A stretch of DNA of 64,000 nt from Octopus bimaculoides (GCF_001194135.2 NC_068989.1:57879840-57943839); one strand, 5' to 3'; positions 49,682 through 63,196 are shown, counted from the stretch's first letter. Numbers and translations: made by a program. Notes: generated by a model from the letters alone, not told the origin.

Positions 49682-51104
49682 TCCACATTCGAAAAGCAAA
49701 TCCCAGTGACATTAAAAAACTATTATATTTTTATACTTAAATATTAAAAGGAATTGCATAAAAAAAGAAGTTAAAATATCTTGTGTATTGTAGAAGTATA
49801 ATCAATGTATTGCACATGAAGTTTAACAAAATCTTATATGAACTCTCAGAGGCCATATGGACTCTAGTTGTGAACCACTAAGAAATCATATATACTTAAA
49901 CAAGGGTATGGCAAGCTTCTTATATAGAATCATAGATAACTTATCAACCCTCATCATGTAAAAAATATAATTAAGAAAAAATAAAATTAAGTTAAGAAAA
50001 CAATTTTTGAATTATAAATAATCATTTCATTCTTTTCTATCCTTACCACTTTTAAATAACAATTATATTTAACCATTTTACAGCAAAAATCAGGTATATC
50101 CACTCAAAATTTCATAACTTTTAAATGTGGAAAGAAGTTTTATGTAACAATCTATGTCTTACTGAGGAATGTCAGGTTTGAAACTATTTTTTGTTGAGGT
50201 ATGCCAACTTTATAGCAACAAAGTAACTTGCAGAAAATACCAAATCTATTTTTTGGTAGATAATCAGTATGATTACTGAATATCTGTTGAGCAGAGGAAT
50301 CCTAGAAGATCAATGGTCAGGATTATCAAGCTTTATCAAGAGAGTAACTGCAAAGCATCCGTAGAGGCAGCGTCCATGGTTGTGTAATCAGCTAATGAAA
50401 GACTCTCTATGACTCAAGCCTGAGTCATTGGAATCCATGCAAGCAGCGTGACCAAGATGATGAGATGACTGAAATAATCATACATGTATATACATGCAGA
50501 CACACGTGTATATACATGCAGACATACATGTATATATATGCATATACATGCCTGCACAGGTGTATGTATATATATCCTTTATAGTATTAAATCTCATTCT
50601 GACTAACACCATAATCAGCATAACTACATTTTTTTAAAATTATAAATGCACATACACATTATATATTTTATATAATTTGCATATGACTAAAATCTCTCAA
50701 CCATACAATTAATTTGATTAAATTAATTTCAATTAAGAAGTTAAATCCACTACATTGAATTAATGTTGATAAAGTGAGCAACTATTAGTGAATGCAGCTA
50801 CTAACTTGTAATGGGAGTGGTCAAGTTTAGCATCAATCACTCAAGTAATTAGCAGATAACTGATGAGATTAGAATCCATTTGCAAAAACAAAGAGGGTGT
50901 GTTACTTTATTGCGGAGGTCTTTAAAGTAGAACAGAAATATATACATATTATGTAAAAATGAACAAAAACCATGTGTTAAATTGATTTCACTACACTGTG
51001 TAAAACAAAAAAAATAAAGGCATTGAGGAGGCCTTGTGCAAAAATAAGGAAATGAAACGGTGTGATGTTTATACTTTTCTTATAAAGTATTACTGACTTT
51101 AACT

Positions 51105-51472
51105 CAATGATTCCCAATGTGGAGCATATACCCTACTGTTGGGACCTGGGAAAATTGTGGTGGAACGCGAGATCCAAAATTTTTTTTTTTTTTTTTTAGG
51201 GCATGGAATTATGAAAATCTGCTGTTTTCACAACAAATATACTACACCTATACTCAGCCTAGCCAAACTAATCTCTCAAGTCAAACATACTGTGTGAAGA
51301 CTTTACTACAGTATAGTGTATTCTAATGCCCTACTATGGATATTTCTTTAAGGAAAGTATAAAATTATGAAACATTAAAAATAAAGTTGTTTTTTACTAA
51401 CCACCAGTGGGGAATACATTTTTCTGAAAAGATGTAGTGGGGCCCGGGGGGAAAATAGGTTGAGAAACACTG
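51105..51472. mobile_element. hAT-like MITE with 8-bp TSD (C/T)TTTAACT
   Basis: Ends caatgattcccaa.../...ggttgagaaacactg; near-identical 8-mers flank both sides. Confidence 0.6.
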
Positions 51473-54400
51473 TTTTAACTCTTTTATTATTTATATTTCT
51501 GTTGAAATACACTGTATTTATTTCAATTCATTTTGAAAATGATAAAGGAGTTAGTATAATAACTATGTTATTATTAAGCTGATGTTTGGAACATTAAATT
51601 GATTTGAAATTTTGCTGGAAGGTTTTAATTTAGATAATTTTAAAACAAGGAATTGGTATCATAGAACCAGAGGTAATTTCAGGCAGACGGGTTGATATCT
51701 CAGGGTTAAATGCAACGACATGGGCTACAAGTATCTAACTTTCAGAATTGGTTACATTAATTAAGTTAATTAAATTAACCAATAACTTACTCAAGTTAAA
51801 CTTGTTAGAAGAAAGAAAAAACAAAAGAAAAGAAAAACATGTGAACATGTGAACCTGAAAAGAAATATAAGGTGAAATAACTGACATTGTTGTGATGAAT
51901 TTATCCACTGGAAGAAACCAGTTTCAGTTTTAAATGGAATTTAAACTATAAAAGTTTTGAGTTTTTATTCTACATAAGAAAATATACTTTTCTTCTTTTA
52001 CTTGTTTCAGTCAGAGGCCAAGCTGGAGCACCGCCTTTAGTCGAACAAATCGACCTCAAGATTTATTCTTTGTAAGCCTAGTATTTATTCTAGTGGACCC
52101 TTTTGCTGAACCGCTAAGTTACAGCAACGTAAACACACCAACATCAGTTGTCAAGCGATGGTAGGTGGGGTGGGGGGACAAACATAGAAACACAGATACA
52201 CACACACATATATATATACAACGGGCTTCTTTCAGCCTCCATCTACCACCAAATCCCCTCACAAGACTTTGGGCAGCTCGAGGCTATAGCAGATGACACT
52301 TGCCCAAAGTGCCATGCAGTGGGACTGAACCCGGAACCGTGTGGTTAGGAAGCAAGCTTCTTACCACACAGCCACACCTGCGCCTGTTTTACATTTGAAC
52401 AGAAAAGAGGATTATGTTACTTAACAAAACAACAGTTTAATGTGTTTTTGAAATCCTCAAATCCCTAGTATTACTGATTCATAAAACTACATTTTTTTTC
52501 CTCCTTATAATAACATATCTATTCATTCTCAATACATTTTGGTGCATTCAAACGTGAATATGTTGCTCACTGTTGTTTTTCATTGGCTAACATCATTTAG
52601 AAGCTGTGTGTTTATAATGCTTGAAATTCATTGATGTAAGGGGACTACTATACACAACTTGGAAGACCAGCATAGTATATGCACACCAGCATAGCATATA
52701 AGTAAATAATTTGCTGATTTCTACTAACAAGAGCCACTGCCCTTGCTAGATTTGTTAATCCAGAAGTAGCTTTGACTGAGGAGATGCAATAAAGTTTAGA
52801 AACTGCAGTATCTCAAACACCCCTTACATCAATGAATTATGTGTTATGAATACACATTGTGTAAAGGTAGTAGATACTCTCTGATGACGAAAACACAACA
52901 GTAATCCATATACTCGGGTTTGAATCTGTAGGAACGTATTATGAATGAACAGCTGTTATTGTTTAGATGTTCCCTGTTCTGAGTGCACCACATGAATTAT
53001 TATTAGATTGGTAGACATCAAAACACATCGCAGATAATTTGTTTGCTGATTCTGATAAACAAGAGCCCATACTCTTGCTAGATTTATAGACCCAGTGGGA
53101 TAGCTTTGGCTGAAGAGAGACATTATAAGGCTGAAACATCATAACGGCCCAAAGTTTCCTTACATCAATAAATCATGTTATGAACACATCATCTGAAAAA
53201 GCATTTTCTCCACAACCAGAAAACAACCATGATCAGATATTCACATGCAAGTCTACCAGAATGTATTGAGGATCAATTATCATTATCATCATTATTATTA
53301 TTATCATCATCATCATTGAGGTGGCAAGTTGGCAGAATCGTTAGCACACTGGAAGAAATGCTTAACAGTGTTTTGCCTGTTACTATGTTTTGAGTTCAAA
53401 TTCCACAGAGGTCGACGTTGCCTTTTATCCTTTCGGGGTCAATTAAATAAGTGCCAGTTGAACACTGGTGTCGATGTAACCAACTGAACTTCTCCCCCAA
53501 AATTTCAGACCTTGTGCCTATAGTTGAAAGGATTATTATTATCATTAAGGTGGCGAGCTGGCAGAATCATTAGCACACTGATAGAATAAGTACTAGGCTT
53601 TGTATATGTTTGTGTGTCTGTGTTTGTCCCCCTCCCACCATCACTTGACAGCTGATGCTGGTGTGTTTACGTCTCTGTAACTTAGCAGTTCAGCAAAAGA
53701 TACCGATAGAATAAATACTGAGGTCGATTTGTTTGACTAAAGGTGGTGCTCCAGCATGGCCTCAGTCAAATGACTGGAACATGTAAAAGAGTAACTAATA
53801 AGTATCAAATAACTTTTGAGTTTAAATTTAAATTGCTTTTACACATGATTTGGCATATTTGCTCTGTTGTTGATGTTTATCTCCCATTGTTTTGGTGCAC
53901 CATTTTCTATCATTGATAAAAACTGTGCCCTTTTTGGCAACAAGTGTATACTAATATATTTATAGATTTACTAAGGAAATTTTCATTTGGGACTACATTT
54001 TAAAACACCTGTGTCCCTTTTTATGAAATGAATCTAGTGGCAACCTTGAAGCTAAGTGTAGGGCTGTACTCTAATTACATATAAATGCACAAACATCAAG
54101 GGAAACTAAAAATACACTACATGAGTCTAAGATTACTGCGAGGACATAAAGGCCAGGGTGACACAGAATATTGTGGAGAATGTCAGTCATGGCTTCACAA
54201 CTGCTGTTAGAAACAATACTACACTAGATAAACAGGTCGGAGTGTAAACCCCAGGAAAGAAAGACAAAACACTGGACAAACTTCTGTTTACTCTTGAAAG
54301 AAAAATAAACAATAGTTTTATAGTTTTTCCCTTTTTTTTTTGTGAAAACAATAAAGCATTTCAGAATGGAAGCAAGTATTGTTTTGTGTTATTTTTTAAT

Positions 54401-54809
54401 GTTTATATGTATTCAAACTTCATTAACCCTTTCAATACTATATTTCTGTTTTGCTTTCAATTTAAAAAAAAAATAATGAAGAATATAGTAAAATAACATT
54501 TTCAAACAAATGAAATTTTAATAGGAAGTTATTTAGATCAGATTAATACACAAAATCTGCATCATAAAACCAAGAGCAATCTCTGGTGGATTGGTATCAA
54601 AAGGGTTAAATCAATATTGAGCTTCCAAAGAAACTAAGGTGATTCCCACCCACTTCTCTTGATACTGACCATGCACACAGAAATAGCTTTCAGTATACAA
54701 TTACAAGACCAATTTAGATATAACAAGGTGCATAGTCTAATGTAAAATTATAAAATTAGTGATCCTCATATTGAAGGGTTGTCTGACAAGAATTTACATA
54801 TCCTGTGTT

Positions 54810-55175
54810 GTATACACTGATTTTATACACAAAAGTATAGAGTTGTGACTGATCTAACACAGCAAGCAATTTCAGAGAGTTGTAACTGATCACACAAAAA
54901 AGGCAAGCAGAGAATTATGACTGATCTCACATAACATGCAAGTACAGAAAGCTGTGACTGATCTCACACAACAAGCAAGCATAGAGAATTATGACTGATC
55001 TTACACAAAAGTATAGACTTGTGACTGATTTCACACCACATGCAAACACAGAGTTTTGACTGATTTCACAGGAGACAAATACAGAGTTGTGATCAATCTC
55101 ATGCAAAATGTATGTATAGATCTGTGACTGATTTTATACTACATAATTCTTGAGAAACATGACTAATGTCACATA
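54810..55175. repeat. Degenerate minisatellite, about 11 units of 30-37 bp with conserved core (t)gtgactgat(c/t)tcaca
   Basis: Repeated TGACTGAT cores with variable, partly related spacers. Confidence 0.8.
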
Positions 55176-55287
55176 GCATTGGAGCCTGGTGTTGCCATCT
55201 GGTTCACCAGTCCTCAGTCAAATCGTCCAACCCATGCTAGCATGGAAAGCGGACGTTAAACGATTATATATATATATATAAGGCGTG

Positions 55288-55380
55288 TTTACTGTATTAG
55301 TGATTTATATAAAATTAATTTACTACACTAGTGAGCTATATAAAATTTATTTACTGTACTAGTGGACTATATAAATAGCA
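55288..55380. repeat. 31-bp tandem repeat x3 (tttactgtaYtagtg...tatataaa)
   Basis: Three consecutive similar 31-mers. Confidence 0.75.
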
Positions 55381-55507
55381 TATACTGAATCACTTATCTA
55401 AAGTTTGATTATTGCAAGAAGAAACTGTTTCTTAAAAACCTTCAAATTTGAGGGGAAAGTAAAAATATATAGTTTGTCCAGAGTAATGCATTTCTTAAAA
55501 AACTCAC

Positions 55508-55569
55508 CATTAGAAAGTGCATCTTGTAACTCCTTTGAAGATATCTGACCACTTTGGTCTCTGTCCACT
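55508..55569 (-). CDS. PDCD6: PDCD6/ALG-2 coding exon 2, variant 2a (EF1 loop): R-VDRDQSGQISSKELQDALSN-G
   Basis: Acceptor tttctag, donor G|gtgagt, 62 bp, phase 2 to phase 1. Closely matches human ALG-2 [22 protein letters not shown]. Splices in frame to exon 3. Confidence 0.93.
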
Positions 55570-55922
55570 CTAGAAACCATTACAAATTTAGGTTAAAAAA
55601 CAAATCAAAATGTATACGATTACAAAATAGAAGATGCAATTGCAAATAAAGAAAATGAAGAGAAAATAATATTCATGAGGAAACAAATTAGAATCAGTGA
55701 AAAACAAGTGGAATACAGAATGGGAAATTGGAATTGAACAAGAGAACAATGTAAGTAGTGATTAGAGTAAACACAGAAATGGTTGAATATTAACATGTCA
55801 TTGCAAACAATAGGTAAATGAGTGTAGATAAATTACTGAACTGTGTAGGAAGATAAACACTGAGATAAAATCTTTTGGTATTTGATATATTGGTAGAATT
55901 CTGGTTGAAGCACTCCATGTAA

Positions 55923-56340
55923 CCCTCATGACTTCTCTATTTTTGGGAATTTCCAGAAAATTTTTGTTCTACACATGGGGATTCATACAATCACGGGAAT
56001 TTTTTTTTTTCTAAATCTTTACCCTCCACCCACTATCTGAAAATTCCATGCTTTTCTGAGTTTTCTTTTACCGCTGTTTAAAATAACGACAGCCTGAATT
56101 TCTTGCTTAAATCCCAGCAATGGACTACCCTTAAGTGCATCATTATTCTTTTAAATGTGACAAAGAAACAAGGAATATATCAGGTGGTCGTGAGGTGTGC
56201 TAAGGACAATAGCTAAATCATCCTTAAATCAGACACACAAAAAAAATTTTTTTTTTCATAATCATATGAATTCCAAGGTGAAGAACTCCAATTTGCAAAC
56301 ATTTTCTGAAAATTCCAAAAAATAAAAAAAGTTATGAGGG
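55923..56340. mobile_element. MITE/foldback-like element with long imperfect terminal inverted repeats
   Basis: ccctcatgacttctctatttttgggaatttccagaaaat pairs with attttctgaaaattccaaaaaataaaaaaagttatgaggg. Looser pairing continues inward. Confidence 0.65.
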
Positions 56341-57419
56341 ATCATAGGGGGTAATTAAATCAGAATTCTGCCACCATATTTTAGTTAATAAAAAAATGGT
56401 AGTCGCTCTGCCATCCCAACACTCTTCCTCCTTGTTCCTCATCTGACCAAGCCCCTCCTCTCCTTCCCACACTTCTCTTAGGAATTCTTCTTCACCCTAT
56501 TCTAACTGCTCCTTCCCCCCTTTCCATCACATACTTGTTCCTTAATAATGCTGTAAAACCCAAGACTCCACTCCTTTACACAACCCCCAGTGTTACCTTC
56601 ACAACTCCATCCCTCACTTCTTAACTGTGTCATTAATCCCATCTTCCTCTACATCCTATTCTCTGTCATAATCCCCAATCTCTTATCTAAGGTCCACTTT
56701 GGGACCTTAGACTTGCAAGCTACCTAGCAATCAACACTAGTGCTAGTGTCATGAAAAAAAAAAGCACCCAGTACATGCTGTAAAGTGGTTGGCATTGAAA
56801 AGGGCATCCAACCAAACCAAGCTAAAGCAGGAACTGATGCATGACACACTCTTCCAATTCATTAGACCCTGTAAAACCATCCAATCCATGCCAGTATGGA
56901 AGCCAGATGTTAAACGATGATGATGATTTCTCTGTTACTATATTTTCTTCTCATACTACTAAACCAAGAAGTAGATTGAATTAGTTACAGGATATTTGTT
57001 AGAGCCTGAGAGAGATGGAAGATCAGAGAGCTACTGGTACTTCTTTAAAAAAAGAGACAGATTATGATGCATCTCCTAGAATTGAGAAAACCTATGATCA
57101 AAGAGCATTCCATCCATGACCTTCCTGTCATTTTGTACATGAAAAACTATTTTGTCCAGTGTGTTCTCATTGTAATAAGATATTTGATGGAGGGAGATTT
57201 GACTGCTATCTTTAGCAGATCTACCAACTAGGGCAAGATTCTCTCATCTGCTTTCCAGGCTGATATAGATTGGACAGTTTGACAGGGGCTGGTTAAGTAG
57301 AAGACTGCATCAGGTTTCAGTGTCTGTTTTACATGGTTTTAGCACCAACCACCTCATTGCAAAAGTTTAACTATTGAGTAGTGGATGATGAGGGTCTACA
57401 AAGATAGAGTTAGTATGAT

Positions 57420-58500
57420 CTGCTGAATGAGCAATATTAGCCAACTCCAAAGACAAAGAACAAATAATTGGCATTGATTCCATAAAGAGAGACCTTGAGA
57501 ACATTCACCAGAAGAGCCATGATTTGTTGTTGTTGTTGATGTTGTTGGCACTCCGTCGATACGACGTCGAGGGTTCCAGTTGATCCGATCAATGGAACAG
57601 CCTGCTCGTGAAATTAACGTGCAAGTGGCTGAGCACTCCACAGACACGTGTACCCTTAACGTAGTTCTTGGGGATATTCAGCGTGACACAGTGTGACAAG
57701 GCTGACCCTTTGAATTACAGGCACAACAGAAACAGGAAGTAAGAGTGAGAGAACGTTGTGATGAAAGAGTACAGCAGGGTTCACCACCATCCCCTGCCGG
57801 AGCCTCGTGGAGCTTTAGGTGTTTTCACTCAATAAACACTCACAACGCCCGGTCTGGGAATCGAAACGACGATCCTATGATCGCGAGTCCGCTGCCCTAA
57901 CCACTGCGCCTCCACAGAAGAGCCATGATAAATTTGTCCCTTCTAACAACAAGAAACTCAGGCCACTATCACCAAAGATCTCTCCTGGTACATCTTTAGT
58001 AGAGCTAGGATTGCCTCTCAAAGACTAGACTTTCTTTTTAGGGCCAGAAGACATTTCAGTCCTAAAAAGCTACTGGCACACTACAATGCTCAAGTGAGGC
58101 CCACATCTGGGATGGTGCTGCAACTATGCACACTAATATGCTGACTGCTCCCAAAGAAAGACCACTCAGCTGATTGATATTCCACTGTGAATGGACACAC
58201 TCCAGCCCACAGGCATGCTGCCTCCCCTCCCAGTCTTTTCTATCACTGCTATAAGTCTCTGTTCTTTGGAGCTGACTGGTGAGGTACTTTCACTACTCAG
58301 GTGCATCTGACCCACTTGTTTTTCCACTTTTCATCACCCTTGTTACATCCAACTTGCTTTTCTCTGTACTAACCACTAGTCCCAATCTTCCTTCTGCAGA
58401 ACATCAGCTCTCTGGAATCTTCTTCCTGCAGGCACTGACTGGCAACAGCTTAAACAGAACATCAATAGCAACAATCACCAGTCTTGGGAGACCTGCAAAG
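57420..58500 (+). mobile_element. CR1-like LINE ORF2 relic interrupted by a SINE
   Basis: DLENIHQKSHDKFVP and RRHFSPKKLLALYNAQVRP...HIWDGA...SLFYHCY motifs in broken frames. Confidence 0.6.
57524..57914 (-). mobile_element. Young CpG-rich tRNA-derived SINE with (AAC)n tail and 15-bp TSD CAGAAGAGCCATGAT
   Basis: TSD at 57509-57523 and 57915-57929. Minus-strand head ggaggcgcagtggttagggcagcgg...gtttcgattccc. Confidence 0.88.
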
Positions 58501-59663
58501 GTCATAGGCTCTGTATCTTCATTCAGACTCAGCAAATAAAAAAAAATTAATGTGTGTACAAGAAAGACAGCAATGTTGTTGAAGAAATATAATTGAAATG
58601 GATGAAACTAAATCCCATGAAAATACCAACAAGAATCAGAACTAGTTTTCATCAAGAGCTGTAGATGTAATCAGCCATAACCACTTCAACAGACATTTCT
58701 TAAAACAACCAGATACAATATCCTTTCCTTTTTACCCCCCTCCACCAAAAAAAAACCCCACTTCCCACAGTCAATATTTCAGAAGTTTAACCTTTCCATA
58801 AATATAATAATGAAATTTACTACTTATGTGCTTCAATTATTAAAGATAAAAAAATAAATGCCCTTTCAACAGCAAGAAACCTGCTCTACTCCTGCCCTTG
58901 TATCATATTTCAATCACTCATCATCATCATTTAAAGTCCAAAGTCACCTCTCTTGAGGTTCATAGTCTTGCAAGCTGCATGGTGACCTCACTAGTGCTGG
59001 TGGCACGAAAAAGGGCACCAAGTACATACTATAAGGTGGTTGACCTTAGGAAGAGCATTCAGTCATAAAAACCAGGCCAAAGCAGACACTGGTGCACAAT
59101 GCAGTCCTTGGACGTATCAGATTTTGTCAAACCACAACACTAGAATTTTGAGGAACTTAATTTACTTTTACATTTATTTCTATCTCCAGCTGATGTTATA
59201 ATTGGGATGGAAAGTTTTAATTGGGATATGAACACTTTAAAAAATGAGCAATTTTGTATCAAAGAACCAGGTTCAGTCTTTGATGGATTGATATCTGAAG
59301 AGGTTAAAAGCTCTCACAAAACAGACTGGTTAATAATGCAAATCCAGATCCAATTCTTTTAGAATAACAACACCAAGCCAACAATCCAGGGTCAATATCT
59401 TCAGAGAAATTTACTTTGTAACTGAACATTAATTAAAAGTTTTATCAATGTTTATTTACTAGTAATGAAGGTGCGGGCATGCCTATGTGGTTTAAAAGCT
59501 TGTTGCCCAACCATGTGATCGTAAGTTCATTCCTACTGCACAGTACTTTGGGCAAGTGCTTTCCACTATAGCCCCAGGCTGACCAAAGCTTTGTGAGTGT
59601 GGTTTTGGCAGATGGAAACTAAAAGAAGCCCATCATACACACACACATATATATATATTTATA

Positions 59664-59706
<43 letters not shown>

Positions 59707-62700
59707 GTCTCCTTATCTTAAAAGAATGCCATTCATTTCCAATATTCTATGAAAGCTTGTCAATCTATAGGGAAATATTAGCTTGCTTTGACACAAGTGT
59801 AGGTAGGTGACAGGGAGACCATTTAGTCATAGAAAATCTGCCTCAAATTCCATCTGACCCATGCAAGCATGTAAAAACAGTACATTTGATGATGATGAGG
59901 ATGAATGGGATGAAAAACAAAGCCAATTCTCGTAAGAAGTGAACTTAGAATGTAATGGATAAGAGCTAGAAAATTAAAGACATTTAGTCAAGCATTTCTT
60001 GTTTATCATCTCCACAATGTTAGCAGTGAAGAATTATGGCAAAGAAACTGGCCAAAAGCACTTTTATTTAGAATTAAACCATGTAAACATTTTGAAATTG
60101 AGAGAAATTAAATATTTCTAATTAGCAGCAACTAGATACAGAAAGTAATGAAACAAATTATATAGATATTGCTTGTCAAGTATCTTGGCAGTAGAATTGT
60201 TACAATTTTCTGCCTCAAACTGGCTTAAATATATCATTGAAATACAATATGAAATTAAAATCATTTAGACAAGTTAAGAAACCAGCAAAGAAAGAATAAA
60301 AAACAAAATTATTTTGGTAAAGTCTTCATTATTTTCAAAGTTAATAGAGAGAAAAATAGCAGATTTCAATAGAAATATAGTAACGAAGGGTTAAGTCATT
60401 ATTCTTTATTACCAAGACAGCAATATACTTGATTCTAAAGAAAATGCTTAATTTATAACAGTATCTTGTAAGAAACATTCTTTTTTTTAATTAAAAATTC
60501 TTTCAATAGATTTTCTGTGACTGCAGTTAATTGTCTTCATTTCCAGCCAAGAAAAGATTGGTTTTCACTCTTAACAATGAATATTCAAATTACTATTTTA
60601 CAGATGTAAATAACTTAACAAAGGAAAAGTTAATAATCAGTAACAGGCATGTATGCCAAGTACAAAGTATAAGCGACTTCAAAGGTCCAAACTTTGGAGA
60701 CGTGCTAGTGAAAAGAAGTTTTCTGAAAAGGATATAAAGCCAAAAATAAAAACAGTGGAGGAGTTACATGGAGTAAAAAGTGTCTGAAAAGTGGAGTTTA
60801 TAATCAGAACACCCACATAAGCTGTATTTTCCCCCCATATTAATGGGGATTTTTCCAAATTTTTCAGACTTCATTTTATGTAAAAAATGGTTTTGAAAAT
60901 TTATGAAGTATCCCTAATCCCACCCTACTCTCACACTGACCACTTTTGGCCCAATTTTTTTAAATAAGTAATTTAATAAAACCCAAAAATAAAGCCAGCC
61001 ATACCAAAACTCTGAACAGTCTCAATGCAGAGGTAAGCGCTTTCTTCCTATTGTTTGTCCATAAACAGAAATTGGAAGTTAAATAGGTATCACTGTATGG
61101 TTAAGAAGTTACTTTTGCAACTACATAGTTTCAGGTTCAATCACACTGCAGAACACCTAGGGTAAGTGCCTTCCCCTATATCCTTGGGTTGACAAACACC
61201 TTTGGAGTGGAAGTTGGTAGACAGAAACTACATGAAAGCTCAACTGCAAACTCGTGTGCCTGCAGTTTGTCACACACAGCTAGTGCACTTTGGTAATACT
61301 GCAGTATTAAAGATTTCTGGAAGTTATCTATATTAGCTTAACATAAAAGTCATCTTGAAAATTCTGAAGGTATTTGTTGCTAACAGCCAGAATAAACCAA
61401 GGCCATTGTCATTCATGCTCTCTACTAATTCTCTTTAGAATGTAATGGTTATTTAGCACTTGCCTTACTACTTTGTCCAGTTGGTGGAGAATTGTAATTA
61501 CCTTTCCCCACCTATGCATCATTAGTCATCTCTCACTGCTTATCCACCATTCATTACATCTGCCCTTTAACCCTACCCAATCTTTAACCATCTAAATTTC
61601 TTTTCCTCATTCTCCATCACTCACTCCCTCATACACTCTTGCAACCTCCACCCAACCATACTCCTGACACTTCTGTTCCACTCACTTCTAATCAACTGGT
61701 ACCTTAAGTATCTATCAGGACATCCCATCACTCGTATTTTTATCTTTTTTAGCTCCACCCCAATCACTCTGCACCCTCTCTTCTAAAATGTGAGCAGTCA
61801 TGTAGTTCTTCATTATCATCATCATTTAGCATGTTTTCCATGCTGGCATGAGTAAGATGGTTTGAAGTTTATGGTTAAGAAGTTTGCATCCCTCCATGAG
61901 CCAAGTAAAATTGCAGTCATGGCAGATACTGGTGTTACACATATGGCACCTGTGCTGGTGGCATGTAAAAGCACTCATTACACTATCAGAGTGGTTGATG
62001 TTAGGAAGAGCATCCAACCATCGAAACCATACCAAATTAGATTGGAGTCTGGTGCAGCCTTCCAACTTGCCAGTCCTGGTCAAACTGTCCAACCCATGCC
62101 TGCGTGGAGAACAGAGGTTAAACGATGATGATGATAATCATCATAATAAAAATAATAATAATGCTGAAGCAAACTTCTTAACCATAAAGTCACATTTGTG
62201 TCTATATATGTAAACCAGAGAGCTGCACAAGCTCCAGTCTGTTTTGGCTTGGTTTCTATGGCTGGATGCCCTTTCTAATGCCAACCACTCCACACAGTGT
62301 ACTGAGTTTTTTTTTTTTTATGAGTCACCAGCACAGGTGCCTTTTGCATGTCACCAAAACTGGCCGTAACTATGATTTCACTTAGCTGGAAGTGTCTTCT
62401 CAAGCACAGCAAATCACCAAAAGTCTTGGTCACTTGAGCAAATCTCGGTTACAAAAAGAAACTGCTGCTCTAGTCTTGGACCTATCAGATCCTGTAAAAC
62501 TGTCTAATCCATAACAACATGGTAATGATGATGATTTCAGATGTTATGTGCCCTGGCTACACTTAATTCAAGACTACAGCTTGATCAAAGACACAATCTG
62601 AGGAAAAAGCCTGCATTACAAATGAATGCTGCATCAATTTTCCTTTGGGGAATTCATACACCATGCCAGTGGCACCTGACTGGTACTTGCACTGGTAGCA

Positions 62701-63155
62701 CGTAAAAAGCACCCACTACACTCTCAGAGTGGTTGGCGTTAGGAAGGGCATCCAGCTATAGAAACCTAGTCAAATCAGACTGGAGCCTAGTGCAGCGTCC
62801 CGGCTTGCCACAGTCTTCAGTCAAACCCATACCAGTATGGAAAGTGGATGTTAAACGATGGTGGTGATGATACAACCATGTCAAAAAGAGCATACTGAAA
62901 GTAAACGATTTTTGAAAAATAAGGAAAAAAAGATGCCCCATAAGCTGAATTGCTACTTCAAGCAGAAGACTCAATGACTGGAGACCAAGAATTAACACTT
63001 TAACAAAGCAGTGAAAAATTTATAGAAAAATATGAAACTGTTAGGATGAATGAACTTGTCTTCTGATATATATTGTGACCTTTAAATAAATAATATTTAT
63101 CTTTCACCAGATGGAGTACTTGTTTTGTTGAATTTTCTATCATGGATCAGTACAT

Positions 63156-63196
<41 letters not shown>

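Noticed and set aside
54810-55175. CRISPR array or bacterial CRP/CAP sites (TGTGA-N6-TCACA)
   Set aside because: Eukaryotic intron, no cas genes, degenerate repeats, and spacers related to each other. The CRP match is coincidental in this context.
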